From: Gekko japonicus
Taxonomy: Eukaryota
DNA length: 64,000 nucleotides
Direction of reading: 5' to 3'
NCBI RefSeq assembly: GCF_001447785.1
Contig: NW_015164190.1
Coordinates: forward strand, 640,877 to 704,876
Under the pieces are notes generated by a model. That model did no database searches, was not told where the DNA came from, and saw only the letters and a program-made list of their open reading frames with translations. Shown here piece by piece: positions 47,694 through 60,284 of this stretch (positions within the stretch are counted from its first letter, which is position 1; each line of letters opens with the position of its first letter). A program made the translations under genes and the position numbers.

Positions 47694-48893
47694 ATGTCTG
47701 TGAAGCAGTTGTGCTACATTGGTTTCCATGCTCCTGAGAAACAGCAGCTGGCCAAGAACCTGGTACAAAAGTTTGGCTTTGAACTCTTTGCTGCACGGGT
47801 GACAGCATGGAGCAAGCAGTTGGCCTTAAGAAGAGGCGCTGCCGTCTTTGTTGTCAATGAGAGGCTGAAGGCAGCGAGAGAAGTTCCACTTATTTTCTCC
47901 TCTGGTCCCTGCAAAGATCAAGGAATCCTGTATGACGTGGATCTGCAGTATGTAGTCAGCACAGCTTCTAACATTTGTTTTGAGATAGAGAATGTACCTG
48001 GCATCTCCCAGAGCCTTCAGGAACAAGGTTGCCAGATCCTTATCCCTCCTACTAATGTAGCAGATGAGGGTGGTTGTGTCACTTATGCAGTGGTGAGATC
48101 CATTGTGGGTAACATCAGTCACACTCTGCTTGACCGATCACGGTATTGTGGACCTTTCCTGCCTGGCTTTCATGGTGTAAAGAGTGCCTCGGAAAACTTT
48201 AGTGAAGCTAGGGAGGTCACACATTTTGACCACATCACCTATGCTTGTCTCCCAGGTAGTTCTCTAGCAGTACTGGACTGGTACAAGAACTGTTTTGGTT
48301 TCCAGCGCTTCTCTGTCCACCACCAAGATGCTGCTGCTGAAGGTTACAGTATCCAGGGAGCTGGCATGGGCCTTCGTCTTACTGCCATGCATTGCAATGG
48401 GAGTGGCTTGACTCAGCTAGACCGTGACTGTAAGCTTGTTCTTGCTGAGTCGTTGCCACAGCAAAGGAAGAACCAGGTAGATACTTTCTTAGAGCAGCAT
48501 GGAGGGGCTGGCATCCAACATGTGGCACTCTACACCACTGATATCGTAAGAACTGCTGCCGCCATGGCAAAGGCTGGTGCAAACTTTGTAGAACCACCCT
48601 TAACCTACTACAGTGAGAAAGGGAGGGAGAAAGAGATACAGCAAGTTGGGCAGGATCCTCATCTTCTGGAACACTACGGCATCCTCCTGGATTCCGAGGT
48701 AGCTGGGGAAGGAAGCAACATCAGTCCTGGCCTTCATGGTAAACAATACCTGATGCAGATATTCACTAAACCTCTCTTTGCAGAGGACACATTCTTCCTA
48801 GAGCTCATAGAACGATGTGGGGCTGTAGGTTTCGGTGAGAGAAACATCCGTGCTCTCTGGAAAGCAGTGCAGAACTACATGGACAAGCAATAG
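47694..48893 (+). CDS. HPDL: 4-hydroxyphenylpyruvate dioxygenase-like protein, 399 aa, single coding exon
   Basis: N-terminus QLCYIGFH..KFGF..QLALRRGAAVFVVNE; iron-binding FDHIT / GIQHVAL / FLELIER; C-terminal GFGERNIRALW; tail-to-tail with MUTYH as in human. Confidence 0.96.
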   Translation: MSVKQLCYIGFHAPEKQQLAKNLVQKFGFELFAARVTAWSKQLALRRGAAVFVVNERLKAAREVPLIFSSGPCKDQGILYDVDLQYVVSTASNICFEIENVPGISQSLQEQGCQILIPPTNVADEGGCVTYAVVRSIVGNISHTLLDRSRYCGPFLPGFHGVKSASENFSEAREVTHFDHITYACLPGSSLAVLDWYKNCFGFQRFSVHHQDAAAEGYSIQGAGMGLRLTAMHCNGSGLTQLDRDCKLVLAESLPQQRKNQVDTFLEQHGGAGIQHVALYTTDIVRTAAAMAKAGANFVEPPLTYYSEKGREKEIQQVGQDPHLLEHYGILLDSEVAGEGSNISPGLHGKQYLMQIFTKPLFAEDTFFLELIERCGAVGFGERNIRALWKAVQNYMDKQ

Positions 48894-48939
48894 AGACTGA
48901 CTTCAATTTCCTCTTAAGAATGAACATTAATAATAATGA

Positions 48940-49125
48940 AGTGCTGTCAAGTCACAAGCAACTTATGGCAACCCCCCTCATTGGGCAGAAGTGATTTGCC
49001 ATTGCCTTCCTCTGCACAGCAACCTTGGTTTTCTTTAGTGGTCCCCCATTCAAGTGCTAACCATTGTCAATCCTGTTCCGCTTCCAAGCTTTGGCAAGCT
49101 CAGACTAGTCTGGGCTATTCAGGCA
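48940..49125 (-). mobile_element. 5S-derived SINE (5S-Sauria-like), antisense in the HPDL 3'UTR
   Basis: Minus strand ggttagcacttgaatgggggacc..gctgtgcagaggaaggcaatggcaaa..gttgccataag..gacttgacagcac. Confidence 0.6.
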
Positions 49126-50735
49126 GCTACAAGAATGAACATTATATTATGCAATTACTGGACCTCATTGTTGGGCCAACCATCTTTGTGATATGAGTGC
49201 TGCTACAAACCTGCCTCTCTGTGGTTAGTTCTTGTACCACATCAATAATATGTATAGAGGTTCTGATCAAGGTTATCTGGATCATAGAAGGTTGCATCTG
49301 TATCAGAGCCACTGATAGTGCTGTAGAAAGTACAACTGAGGGCCCGCAAATTCGCAGGAGGGAATCCCATCTCCCCCCACACACTCTTGCTGAGCTCAGC
49401 GTGGCCCCCAGGCTCTCCAGCAGCTGCAGCTGGATCCAGCATGGAACCCAGGGCTGTTTGGCAGCTGCTGCCAGACCTGGCGTGGCCCTTGGGCTCTCCC
49501 TGGGCTGCACTGCCACTGCTGGGGCCCAGCCCAGTTGCTGGGCTGCGCCAATGACAACAGCATGCCCAGTGGAGCTCCTGGGCTTCAGTGGCAGCATGCC
49601 CAGTGCAGCTCTCAGCCTGCGCCACCAGTGCCATGCCTAGCATATCTCCTGGGGTGTGTGATCACTGCTGGGCCCAGCGCAACTCCCAGGCTATGTGGCC
49701 GCCACCACTGGGCCTGGCGTGGATCCCTGGCTGCACAGCCACTGACTGCCTGAGGCAAGCACAGAGAACTCTATTTTTCAGGGGATGTAACACCCCCCTG
49801 GTGTATTTTTTCTTCCGATTTTTCTGCAAAGCTGGGGAGTTTCTGTGAACAACAGCCTCTGTTTCCAGATATGAATCTGTTGTAACAAGTTCTTTGGCGC
49901 AGATTGTATTAGGCGTTCCAGTTGCTAGCCAATGGAATGGCAAAAGGGGCACCAACATGCTGGGCCTCGGTTTAAGGTTCAAGGGAGATAAAAATTACTT
50001 TACCAAACCTGGCTGTGCTGATAAACCAAATCACTTTTATGGAGGCAGGTACAACTAAATAACTGACACTGGTACAATCTCTGTAGAAAATAATGAAAAG
50101 TTTATTAGTAAAACTGGAAATAAAAGCAGGATATTGCAAACTCTAAAAACAGCTGACTCATGGAACTCCAACAAGAATCACAGTAAGATATGGTGGTGTG
50201 TGACTGGTTTTTGTCATAATTGTATACAGTTATTTGCCTATGGGAAGCAATTGCGCTAAGAAAACAATATTGGATGCATAAGATATCTCTTGTTGAACTG
50301 TTTTGCTCTGCAGACACTGGAGAAGGGGAGTTGTCTCACCCAGCATGGTTAATCTACCCCCATGCACTTCAATTTTGTTACATACCACAGTGACGCCAAG
50401 AAATCCCTACCTTCTTCTTTGGAGCATCCACAGTTACTTGTATGGTGTACGTAAACAGAGCAGATTGTTAAATCCTCAGCGTTCTCCCCTCTGATCACAG
50501 CCATTTCCCTTCAAGACATCTACAAGTTTGCTGAAAATCCAGGGCTATCTCTTTTTATCATCCAGGTTATAGGCTGAGACACTCAAAAGATGGGTGGGGA
50601 GGAAACCCCCACACCACTAAGCTTTGCTCATACTGTTTGACACCACCCCCACCATGCACTGCCAGGAGAGTTCTAAAACCTGAGATTCTAATTACAGGCA
50701 TCTGAGGGAGCCACCAGTGGTGCTCCTAAGTACTG

Positions 50736-50741
50736 TTTATT
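50736..50741 (-). terminator. MUTYH poly(A) signal AATAAA
   Basis: About 65 nt after the MUTYH stop codon. Confidence 0.55.
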
Positions 50742-50807
50742 ATTGCTTGGATTGAAGAGAGGTGTATCCCTGCATGTGTTAGTTCAGGAAGGTTACAGAC
50801 AGTATAG

Positions 50808-50927
50808 TCAGCTCTTTGGGTGAGATGCAAGAAAAGAATCCAGAGAAAGTTGCTTCTTGGAAGAGCTGCTCTCTGCTTCAAGTACTGGCTTGCTGGCACA
50901 CAGAGAGTCCCGTTTCCTCTTGGCAAC
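50808..50927 (-). CDS. MUTYH: MUTYH last exon (PIP box)
   Basis: VAKRKRDSLCASKPVLEAESSSSKKQLSLDSFLASHPKS*. Confidence 0.82.
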   Translation of the reverse strand, partial: VAKRKRDSLCASKPVLEAESSSSKKQLSLDSFLASHPKS

Positions 50928-51207
50928 CTGTTAATGTGCACATGTTTAAATACAGGGGGAGGGGGGGAAGCCTGCAGCTCTCTACCTGCCATCCCCCCCT
51001 GCTTACTGGCCTAGGATTTCTAGGCAACCTTTACTAAGCAGAGTCAAACAACTGGAAACTATTCAGTTTAGCTAGAAGGAACTGTAATGGACAAACCACA
51101 AGCTGACTGCTTCTGATCACAGGACCAGTGTGGAAGTTCAGTAGGAGGGGGACAAGACGCTAGGAATATTAATAAATCTGCAGGTGAGAGAAAATAATGA
51201 AACCCAC

Positions 51208-51255
51208 CTTGGAAACACTGACTGCAGAGCTCCATTTTTCATAGGCTTTCAAGAC
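51208..51255 (-). CDS. MUTYH: MUTYH exon
   Basis: VLKAYEKWSSAVSVSK; ttttcag / gtgggt. Confidence 0.82.
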
Positions 51256-51631
51256 CTGAAAAAAGCAAGACACCTCACATGACATGCAAAGCATCTCTAG
51301 CACCATAGTTAAGTAGATAGTTGGATACTAGTTCCTCCATCCTGGGAGTAGGCTATTGGCAGCTTTCATAGAAACTTAGCTGTATCAAATGCCCCCAGAC
51401 AGCTTGCTTGAGGCACAAAGACAGTGAGATAGAGAAAACAGAGTTCCTGGAAGAGGGTATCTCTTGTCATTTAGCCAGGTACTACCACACTCCTGGTAGT
51501 AGTGAACAGTTGTTCCTTTTCAGTTTTCAGTGGCTAACATTTCTTGTTGTTGCTACATTTTTAGTACTCTGGAGAAAAGAACTTGGATCTAGTGGGAAAT
51601 GTGAAGTAGCTGATGCCTAGATTCTCAGTAC

Positions 51632-51793
51632 CTTCTTCATGGCAGTGGAAACAGCTGAATTCTGGAATTTCACTTTGGTCACCCATTTGCATGGTGGCAA
51701 TGTGGCTTCCATTTTGCAATTTCCTTCATACTTGTCCAGGTTCAAAAAGTAGATTGTGTATGTTTGGCGAATGTGGGAGAACATATGAAGAAC
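51632..51793 (-). CDS. MUTYH: MUTYH exon (FSH loop)
   Basis: VLHMFSHIRQTY...CKWVTKVKFQNSAVSTAMKK. Confidence 0.92.
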
Positions 51794-52451
51794 CTACAGA
51801 TGACAGCAAGATTTGCATGTGAGGGCAGGGAAGGAAAAAGATCCATGGCTCAATAGCGCCTTCTTCATCTCTTGGCAGGCAGGCAGACCTTCAGAGGCTG
51901 AACAGTCAGGGTTTGAATAGAAAGGAACCGCTGGGCTTCTCCTTAACTGTCAGTCACCACTGCTTTCAGATAAGGACATAAGGAGATGGTATCATATGAC
52001 CCCCAAGGCCTATGGCAAGGTAAGGATAATCTCAGAGGTGAATGGCTGGAACCTCAAGACTTATCTTACCTGACCCCTCTGTACTATGACAAGATCTTTT
52101 TAATCTGTTCCTTTTAGGTTCTGATTCATACAGTGTTTAGGGAACAAATTTCCTTACTGAATAAAGCCACCTGCAACTATCCACCAGTCAGTTATAAAGC
52201 AACTGTTCTTTCCACAGGTATTATAAAAACAGCTCATACACTGCACATGTCCTGATACCTTGCTAAGAGGCTAACTGGCAACAGAGCCTCTGCTGCTACC
52301 TGCCCCCTGCCACTGGTGGGTTGTAAATACTATGTACTACAGGGGTGGGAAGAGGAGGGTTTGTTGTGAGATGTGGTTAAACAATGGCCAGTCAACACTA
52401 TTGACAATGCCCAAAATACTTAGCACAAGTCTTGTGTAGGGTCTGATTTAC

Positions 52452-52594
52452 CTCTCCAACATGCTGCAAGCGTCCCACAGCCACTTCACTGCCAACCCAT
52501 GCGCGAAGGTGATTGGCCACTGTTGCTTTTTGCTGCTTCTCCTGCCCTGGGCCAAGGAGGAGGCTAGGAAACTCCCACAGCCCTGCCAGCAGAC
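52452..52594 (-). CDS. MUTYH: MUTYH exon
   Basis: GLLAGLWEFPS...LQHVGE. Confidence 0.94.
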
Positions 52595-53403
52595 CTGTGA
52601 GAAAAGGCACAGCTCCATCATCAGCACAAACTGATACAACATCGCTTTTAAAGGCTTGGTCTGGAAATCTCTGGTTCAATCTCAGCCTTGGTATGAACAG
52701 TGCCCTCAAATAAAACTACCTGCTCTTAACTTTGGCTAAAATAAAGACTACTGTAAAAATTCTTGCGATAAGGTATGGTAGAATAACTTTTGGCACTTAA
52801 GGAAAGCAATACATAAACAGTGAAGTATTTATTGTTCTACTGAAACACAGCTTTCCCCTTATCAGGCAGACAAGATATTCAGAAAACAATGCTTCCATAG
52901 TAACAGTGCTGCTCCCAAGGCTGGCGTTTGCATCAGGGCTGAGTGCTCTCTGCTGGCTAGTGCAGGAGAAACAGACCGTGCCTTAAATAATTCAGTTTGC
53001 TTCCTTTCATTTTAGCTGCAACATGAACTTTGCAATTGCTGTCTCAGAAAGATCAGGTTGCCTATCCCACAGGGTATATTAACTTAGGATGGACAGGACC
53101 CAGCTCTGACATACAGACATCCAAGTTCTTCAAGCTCTTGCTCAAAATCACCACTGTGCTTCAACTTACAAGTGGCTGCCTCAGCCAAATCAAATGGTTC
53201 AATGGCCTTTGCTGGCAAAGTCAATTGCCCCCATACAAGCAACCCTTCTTTGCAATGCAGTTTCTGACCCAAAAGGATATACTGTGGTTTGATAAAAGAT
53301 AAGACAACATCCAAGTTTGCCTTAAGAGTATGGGGAACGAAGATTGTAAAAGTGACTTCAGACTTATTCTTTCTCATTCCCTGCCCACTTATGAGCTAGT
53401 TAC

Positions 53404-53595
53404 CTGTGCTGGGTCTCTGTACAATAAGGTACTCTGGCTTGTCTTCATGGCATTTCCTCTGTAGCACACATGTAGCCGTTCTCTCTATCCTGGGCTGTTT
53501 CTTGGAAGCTTTCCTGGGGAAGTTGGTCACACCAAGACTACGGTCCCACAGCTCTGAAGGAGGCAGGCAAAGGGAGCAACTTCCTGTGAGGTTGG
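53404..53595 (-). CDS. MUTYH: MUTYH exon
   Basis: [32 protein letters not shown]...YLIVQRPST. Confidence 0.93.
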
Positions 53596-53759
53596 CTGCA
53601 GATCAGAAGAATGGAGCAGGTAAGATGCTTGGTTCTGGAGTCTTAGCAAAAACCCAGTGATTTCAGACCTACTCTATAGTAGCAGAGGAGTTTAAGCCAG
53701 GAAAGTTTGGCAATACAAACCAGAATTCATCTGACACTGCCTAGCCCATGGTGCCTGAC

Positions 53760-56457
53760 CCCCCCTCCGACATTGGTGCTGTGTGCAACGCCAGGTCTAT
53801 AAATAATAAGGCCATGGTCCTTCGGGAACAGAAGGTAGACTAGGCGTGTGTGACTGATACCTAGGTGTACGACTGGGAAACCGTAGCTCTCTCCCAGCTT
53901 GCCCCTCCTGGGTTCTCGGTCCTACACCAATCATGGACTAGGGGGCAGGGGGGAGGAGTGGCTATTTTCATTCGGGAGGTTTACTCCTTCAGGGCGCTCC
54001 CATCGTTGGAGATCATGGGCATTGAGTGTGTCGGCCTGGTGTGGGAGGCCAGGGAGAGTGTGGCGATTTGGCTGGTGTACCAACCACCTAACACACCGGC
54101 CAACAGCCTGCCGTCCCTGATGGAGGCCATATCAGGCTGGGCGCTGGAACACCCTAGGCTAATAGTCCTGGGTGACTTCAATGTCCATGCCAATGACGTG
54201 GCTTCCATTCAGGCAGCGCACCTAGTGTCGTCCATGGCAGCACTGGGACTCTCCCGATTTATAACGACCCCCACTCACCGAGCTGGGCACACGCTTGATT
54301 TGATCTTCATGGTGGGGGTAACAGTGGACTGGATTACTGCTTTGGCAGTACAATGCCCTGAGGGCCCGTCTGAATGTTGCACCCCAATCCTGTTTAGGCA
54401 GCAAGCGAATTTTAGCTTGCCCACGGAGCCAAATGGACCCAGTGCGGCTCCAGATGGCCCTGCGGGATCTGATGCCCCCTGGTGGCTCGTTGGATGAGCT
54501 TGTAGACGACTGGCACAGTTGGCTCTCTGCAGCCATCAATGAGATTGCTCCCCAACACCCTCTGCGCCCTCGCTCTAGGCTTGCTCCCTGGTTTACCCAG
54601 GAGCTGCGGCTTATGAAGCGAGAGCTGAGACAGTTAGAGAGATGGTGGCGCCGTGCTCAAGACAAAGCTACAAGAGCATCTTATAGGATGTTTATGAGAT
54701 CATATGAGATGGCAGTCAAAGCTGCTTAGAGAGAGTTCTATGCGGCTACGATTGCGTCTGAGAGCTTACGCCCAGCCCAATTGTTTAGAACAATTCAGCT
54801 TATAACAGCTCTGCCATAGGGCAGACTAAAAGCTAGGGAATTGGATATTGGCTGTGAGGCATTTGCGAGCTATTTCGCGGATAAAGTCTTGGTGCTCCGC
54901 CGCGACCTCCCCGCCACAGTTGAAGCAGTGAGTGAACTTGAGGCCCCTTGCGCGTCTTCCATTCCGGCTTTGGATTATTTCAGCCCACTCAGCCTGGAGG
55001 AAGTCGACAGATTGCTCGCAGCTGTATGCCCAACCACATGCAGCCTTGATCCGTGCCCTTCCTGGCTCATTAAAGCGGGCCATGAGGGGTTTCAAGGTGC
55101 CCTAAGGGAGATTATCAACAAGTCCCTCTCTGAGGGGCGGTTCCTGGGGGCACTCAAGGAAGTGATGATCCGCCTTGCAATGGCTTGTCTCCTTTCTCCA
55201 AGGTCGGGGACAAAGGGTGGCCATTGGGGAGCAGCGGTCCCAAAAGCACCCACTAGTGTGCCCCAAGGGGCTGTGCTCTCCCCGATGTTACTTAACATCT
55301 ATATGCGCCCCCTTGCCCAGATTGCCCGGAGGCATGGGCTGGTCTGTCACCAATATGCGGATGACACCTAGCTCTATCTGATGTTGGGCGGTCAGTCTGA
55401 CTCTACCCCGGAAGATCTGGACCGGGCGTTGCAGGATGTGGCTGGATGGCTTAGATTGAGTCGATTGAAACTGAACCCGACGAAGACAGAGGTCCTGTGC
55501 CTGAATCGGAGCGGTACGGGGGTAGGGATCCCACTCCCAGCCTTTGGTGGGGTGCCACTGGTGCCAGCTCCGAGGGGCAGGAGTTTGGGAGTACTCCTGG
55601 ATGCTTCTTTAACAATGGAGGCCCAGGCAGCAGCTGCTGCCAAGGCAGCCTTTTACCATCTTCGGCTGATTAGGCAGTTGGTTCCCTTCCTCAAACGCAA
55701 TGATCTGGCTGCAGTGATCCATGCTATGGTCACCTCGAGGTTGGACTACTGCAGTGCTCTCTACATGGGGCTGCCCTTGGTGCAACTCCGGAAGCTGCAG
55801 CTGGTGCAGAATGCGGCGGCCAGGCTGTTGATAAGTCTCCCCAGGTGGGAGCACATCCAGCCTGTGCTTAAGACTCTGCACTGGCTCCCAATAGCATTCC
55901 GGATTCGTTTCAAGGTTCTGGTTTTGACCTTTAAAGCCCTTTATGGTCAGGGACTGGCCTACCTGAGGGACTGCCTTTCCTGTATGTTCCCCAGAGAGCA
56001 CTGCGATCAGGATCCCAAAACCGCCTGGACCTCCCTGGCCCAAAGGAAGTCAGGTTGATGGCAACCAGGACTAGGGCTTTCTCGTTTGTAGCTCCGTCCT
56101 ATTGGAACGAGCTTCCTGCCGAGATCAGGGCCCTGTGGGACTTGTCACAGTTCCGCAGGGCCGTGAAAACAGAACTTTTTAGGCAGGCGTTCCGCTAGGA
56201 GTGGCATCCTACCAGCAGTGCCCTGTGTGAACTCCGATCCAACACGACCTAGTGCGATGGCACCGCTGAATGTGTCCCTAAACTGCAATTTATTTTTATC
56301 TATCACCATCGAATGAATGTTTTATATTGACCTGTCTATGTTTTTAAATGATGTATTTTATGCTATTACTGTAAAATGTATACTGCTTATCAGTTTTTGG
56401 AAGCTGCCCTGAGCCCGCCTGGCGGGGAGGGCGGGGTAGAAGTGAAATAAATAAATC
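53760..56457 (+). mobile_element. Degenerate L2-clade LINE (APE endonuclease plus RT ORF2, 3'UTR), antisense in a MUTYH intron
   Basis: LIVLGDFNVH, PTHRAGHTLDL, VPQGAVLSP, HQYADDT, LKLNPTKTE, HWLPI; stops and frameshifts; (TAAA)n tail. Confidence 0.9.
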
Positions 56458-57204
56458 AGTATATTGATGGCACCTCATTTTACAGTTGCAGACTCTCTCA
56501 TCCAAACACCACACCAAACTGTTCAGTGCTAATATTGACTGTGGTGGAATAGCAAAGAGTTGTTCCCAATGAATGGCAGTTCCCCCCCCCCCCCCCAGCC
56601 CACCCTTTTTGAATGAAAGGAAAACACAAAAAAGTTTGAGAATGAATGGCAAAAACCAAATTAGAGCCAGATCAAAGCCATCTCTCCTACACCTACAGTT
56701 TTGTTAATCCACCCTAGGAGAATCTGGCAGCTCATAGCACTGCATGCTGCTGAGAAGTCTAGGAAAATCTCTTCTCCATTTCCAAATGCTGGTAGTCCAG
56801 AAGGGCCATCGAGGGGTTCTTGGCTCCAAGATCAGGTTGAAATGTACATTCAATCCAGTCAAGTGAGATTTACGCATGCAGGATTCCTGGAGCTTGGAGG
56901 CCATTACATAATCTATTTTATACTAGAAACAGAAGATTGGCCTATAGTTAGCGGGGTCATCTGAACAGAAGGATCACTTTATCAGAAGGATCTGGGTTTG
57001 TTGGTTACAGGTGTGGTTCTTCCCCTTCCTATAAATCAAGTATGCTGAATAAAGAAAGGGCAGTGGGTGTAAGGGAAAAGAACATAAGAAGTGTGTTTGG
57101 AGTGGTGAGCTGTTGGGGTTTTTCCCCACCTTGAAAAAACTTTGAAAGAATGCAACCCTATATTCCAAAAAAGCCCTCCTGAAGGGCCAAACCTCAGCAC
57201 TTAC

Positions 57205-57292
57205 CACATTCTTCTACATCCAGCACCCAGGAACTCTTGGAGGCAGATCTTCCTGTCAGTCTCTTGGCAGAGTCTTCCAGCTCCTTCTCTAC
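57205..57292 (-). CDS. MUTYH: MUTYH exon
   Basis: VEKELEDSAKRLTGRSASKSSWVLDVEEC. Confidence 0.9.
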
Positions 57293-57339
57293 CTGCAGAA
57301 GAGAAGGTGTCAGTCTGTGACTGCCCAGAGGTGTGTGTC

Positions 57340-57560
57340 TATTAATTTGCTACATTATTAGTCTGCCCTTCCTTCAATGAGCTCAGGGTGGGGTACATCA
57401 TTTCTGCTTTCCTCCATTTAAGCTCACAACCTTGTGAGGTAGGTTAGGCAAAGAGAGAGAGGCAGAGAGAGAGAGACTCTTAGTGAGCTTTGTGGCAGAG
57501 CAGGGACTTGAACCTGGTTCTTCCAGATCCTAAGCTGGCATTCTAACCACTAAACTAAGT
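57340..57560 (-). mobile_element. Old Squam3-like SINE
   Basis: gagctcagggtggg..cacaaccttgtgaggtaggttaggc..gggacttgaacctgg..ctaaccacta. Confidence 0.55.
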
Positions 57561-58058
57561 TGGTTCTTCAGGCTTCCTCCAGAACTCTCATGACCCCAGC
57601 ATATTTTAACATTAATCACAATTTCATGATCTAAACCAACTCAAGTTAGAACAAAACTGAGAAATATATTATACATACCCAATGCTAAGAAAAATTATTG
57701 ATTTGGTATGGTAATATAGAAGGAACCTGTGTTTTAGTGTCTAATAAAGACAAAATGGAGAAGAAAAGTAATTCTTTAGGATTTTTTATTAGATTCACAG
57801 TGCAATGCTATGTAGGAGTTACTCCAGACTATATGCATGGATTTCAAGGTACTTAGACTGGAGTAACTGTGGGTGCCTTCCCCCCCATCACTGTGTGGGC
57901 ATACACATATTTAGGAAAAATGTTTTTTAAGTTTACAATACACGGTATCTGGGCCAAATTGCGCATAGAACAAATTCCTTCCTGGCAGACATTAGTCGGA
58001 CTCCACAACAAAACAACCGATCCTGGTATAGGGAAAAGAGAGAAAGGTGCCCACTTAC

Positions 58059-58203
58059 CCTGTGGTGAGCTCTGCAGTGCTGCCTCACTGGACACTTCAT
58101 GCACAATGGGGCCCTGGGAGTGCACACCATTGCCCCCAGTTCCATCATAGCTTGGTTAAAGTCCCCTGGATGGGCTGGATCCACCAGCGCGTGTGATAAA
58201 GCC
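58059..58203 (-). CDS. MUTYH: MUTYH exon (4Fe-4S cluster)
   Basis: LVDPAHPGDFNQAMMELGAMVCTPRAPLCMKCPVRQHCRAHHR. Confidence 0.96.
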
Positions 58204-58564
58204 CTAAGATGAACAGCAACCTACATTGGCAAGCACAACAGGGAAGCCCAAGGCAGCCAGGTGAAAGAGATCTTGAGCCTTCTCTGTCTACAACCACAGT
58301 CATGGGGAAGGATGCAGAGAATTGCATCCAAATAATTCTGTGTAAAATAAGGGACCGAGGAAATGAAGTAAAGGTTTTGCATAGAGCTGTCCTTGCAGCT
58401 TGCAGTAGGGAAGTATTGCTTAAAAAGGTAGACTTGGTTCTCTAATATTATCTAACACAGAATCTGATGACCCTGAAAGAAGCTTGACAATTATTTCTGT
58501 TTTTTTCCTTAACGAGACCATTTCTTGTCCTAAACAATATGAACAGTGTCTTCTAAAAACTCAC

Positions 58565-59428
58565 TGTGATGGACTGCACTTTAAAGTCTTATAAGTGTTG
58601 TGTAAACAGGTAAAGGACTGTGAAGGGTTAATTCTTCACAGAGCCTGAGAGCCTTGAGTGACAGGCTGCTCCAAGAGATCTGATTGGTTAGCATCAGTTG
58701 ATCATAGAAAGACTTCTGAACTGAAAACTGAGGAGAATTCAATCTGAGTCTAGCCCTGACGGAGAAGAGTTTAGTACTGACAGGGTTTGTGCTTAGCCCT
58801 AACTGAGAGCAGTTTAACACTGATGGAGTACTGGGAAGGTTAGCAAGAGGAGTGAGTAGTTAGGTGCAGACTCCCATTCAGGCAAGAAAAGGGGATAGAT
58901 CTTCCAGTGAGAAAAGAATTTCCCTACCCAGTTAAAACAGGCAGATAGCTCTGAAGAATGGAGAGATCCCTGGTCTGGTGTGTTTAGAAACTGCCTTTTA
59001 AATCCTGAGAAGTCAATTAAAACTCAAGAAGAGCACTGGTGTGTTTAGTGAAGGTGTTTGGGTACTGGACAGAGTATCCTGGAAACCAAAAGAACCACAT
59101 ACACTCAAGAAAGTGTACTGGAATGTTTAGAAAACACTGAAACAAAAGCCTCTCATTTTAAAGATTCTAAGTCACTGTGAAAAGCATCTCTCAGTTGCTT
59201 GAAACATATGAACTGTAGTCTATGCCTGTACTGAATTACTTCAGAGGTCTATATTGATTTACTTCAGAAACATTACCCTTGATTTCACCTGACCTTTACA
59301 CTGAATAAAATATTTTATTATTTTTGAACTTTAAAAGTCTTTGAGTGCCATTTCAGTGGTTAAGGGGGATCTCAACCCTTCCCTCAGGTTCCAGGGCTGT
59401 GCCAGCAGCGAAATATCATATTGTGACA
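58565..59428 (+). mobile_element. Solo-LTR family copy 3 (most complete)
   Basis: TGTGATGG...GTGACA termini, CCAAT box, AATAAA near 59304; homologous to 1727-2269 and 15181-16184; no clear TSD. Confidence 0.65.
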
Positions 59429-60186
59429 GGGTGGGACAGCAACTGTTCTTCAGAAAGGAAGAAAATAGATTCAAAGGGCTGCTCAGTGAGAAAGGGAGAG
59501 AAAAACAGGGAGAATCTTGTCTCAGAGGGAGGGAAGTGTGGAAGGTCGTGATACTCCTCTTAGAGGGGTTTGGAGGGGCACCCACATATTTATTTGTAAG
59601 CTTTGCTCAGTGTCTCCCTTCTACAGCCCCTACCCTTTCCCAGGAGCTATTCTCACCCTAGTCCTGAGCATACTTGGCTGGTAGTGGAATTTATTTATTT
59701 AAATATTTATACCCCACCTTTTTTGATGGCTCAAGGCAGTTTACAAACTCAAATTTAACAATGCAAAACAAAATACAACAAAATCCCACCTAAGCCCCTG
59801 CTAAAAATTCTGGCAGCTTGCATCCCTTGCCCCAAATTCTCCTTTTCCTAGTCCTACAGTACACCACCTTTTTCAGTAACAGAAATTATGGCCTTTTGAT
59901 TTCAAGGATCGAGCCCCCTTGTTCCATGCTAGTGGTGGGTATGGCTAATCCAGACTCAGGAACCTCTGCCTAAACTACTAGCAAGGAAGACCGATTAAAA
60001 AACATCTGCATACAGTAAAGGGCTGGCTGGGAACCATCCAAAACAAGTATGATTTTGTCAGGTAGCTGCCATTATTCTCTAGCTGGGATTTCAGATGAGG
60101 AATAAGAGGCAAAAATCTGTCTCCTTATTTGACCCTTGCATCCTAAAGCTCCACCTGCACCATTACAACCACATTCCTTTTCTTAC

Positions 60187-60284
60187 CAGACTTTATCGGT
60201 AACAGCAGAATTGGTGGGATCAGCCCCAATGGCTCGTACACGGCACAAGACCCGAATTACATTTCCATCCACCACACCTGTCAC
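60187..60284 (-). CDS. MUTYH: MUTYH exon (catalytic Asp)
   Basis: [33 protein letters not shown]. Confidence 0.96.

Noticed and set aside
49142-49982. Overlapping 100-150 aa ORFs on both strands
   Set aside because: GC-rich repetitive sequence poor in stop codons; no recognisable domain
53865-56058. Long + strand ORFs as a nested host gene
   Set aside because: Pieces of a broken L2 ORF2
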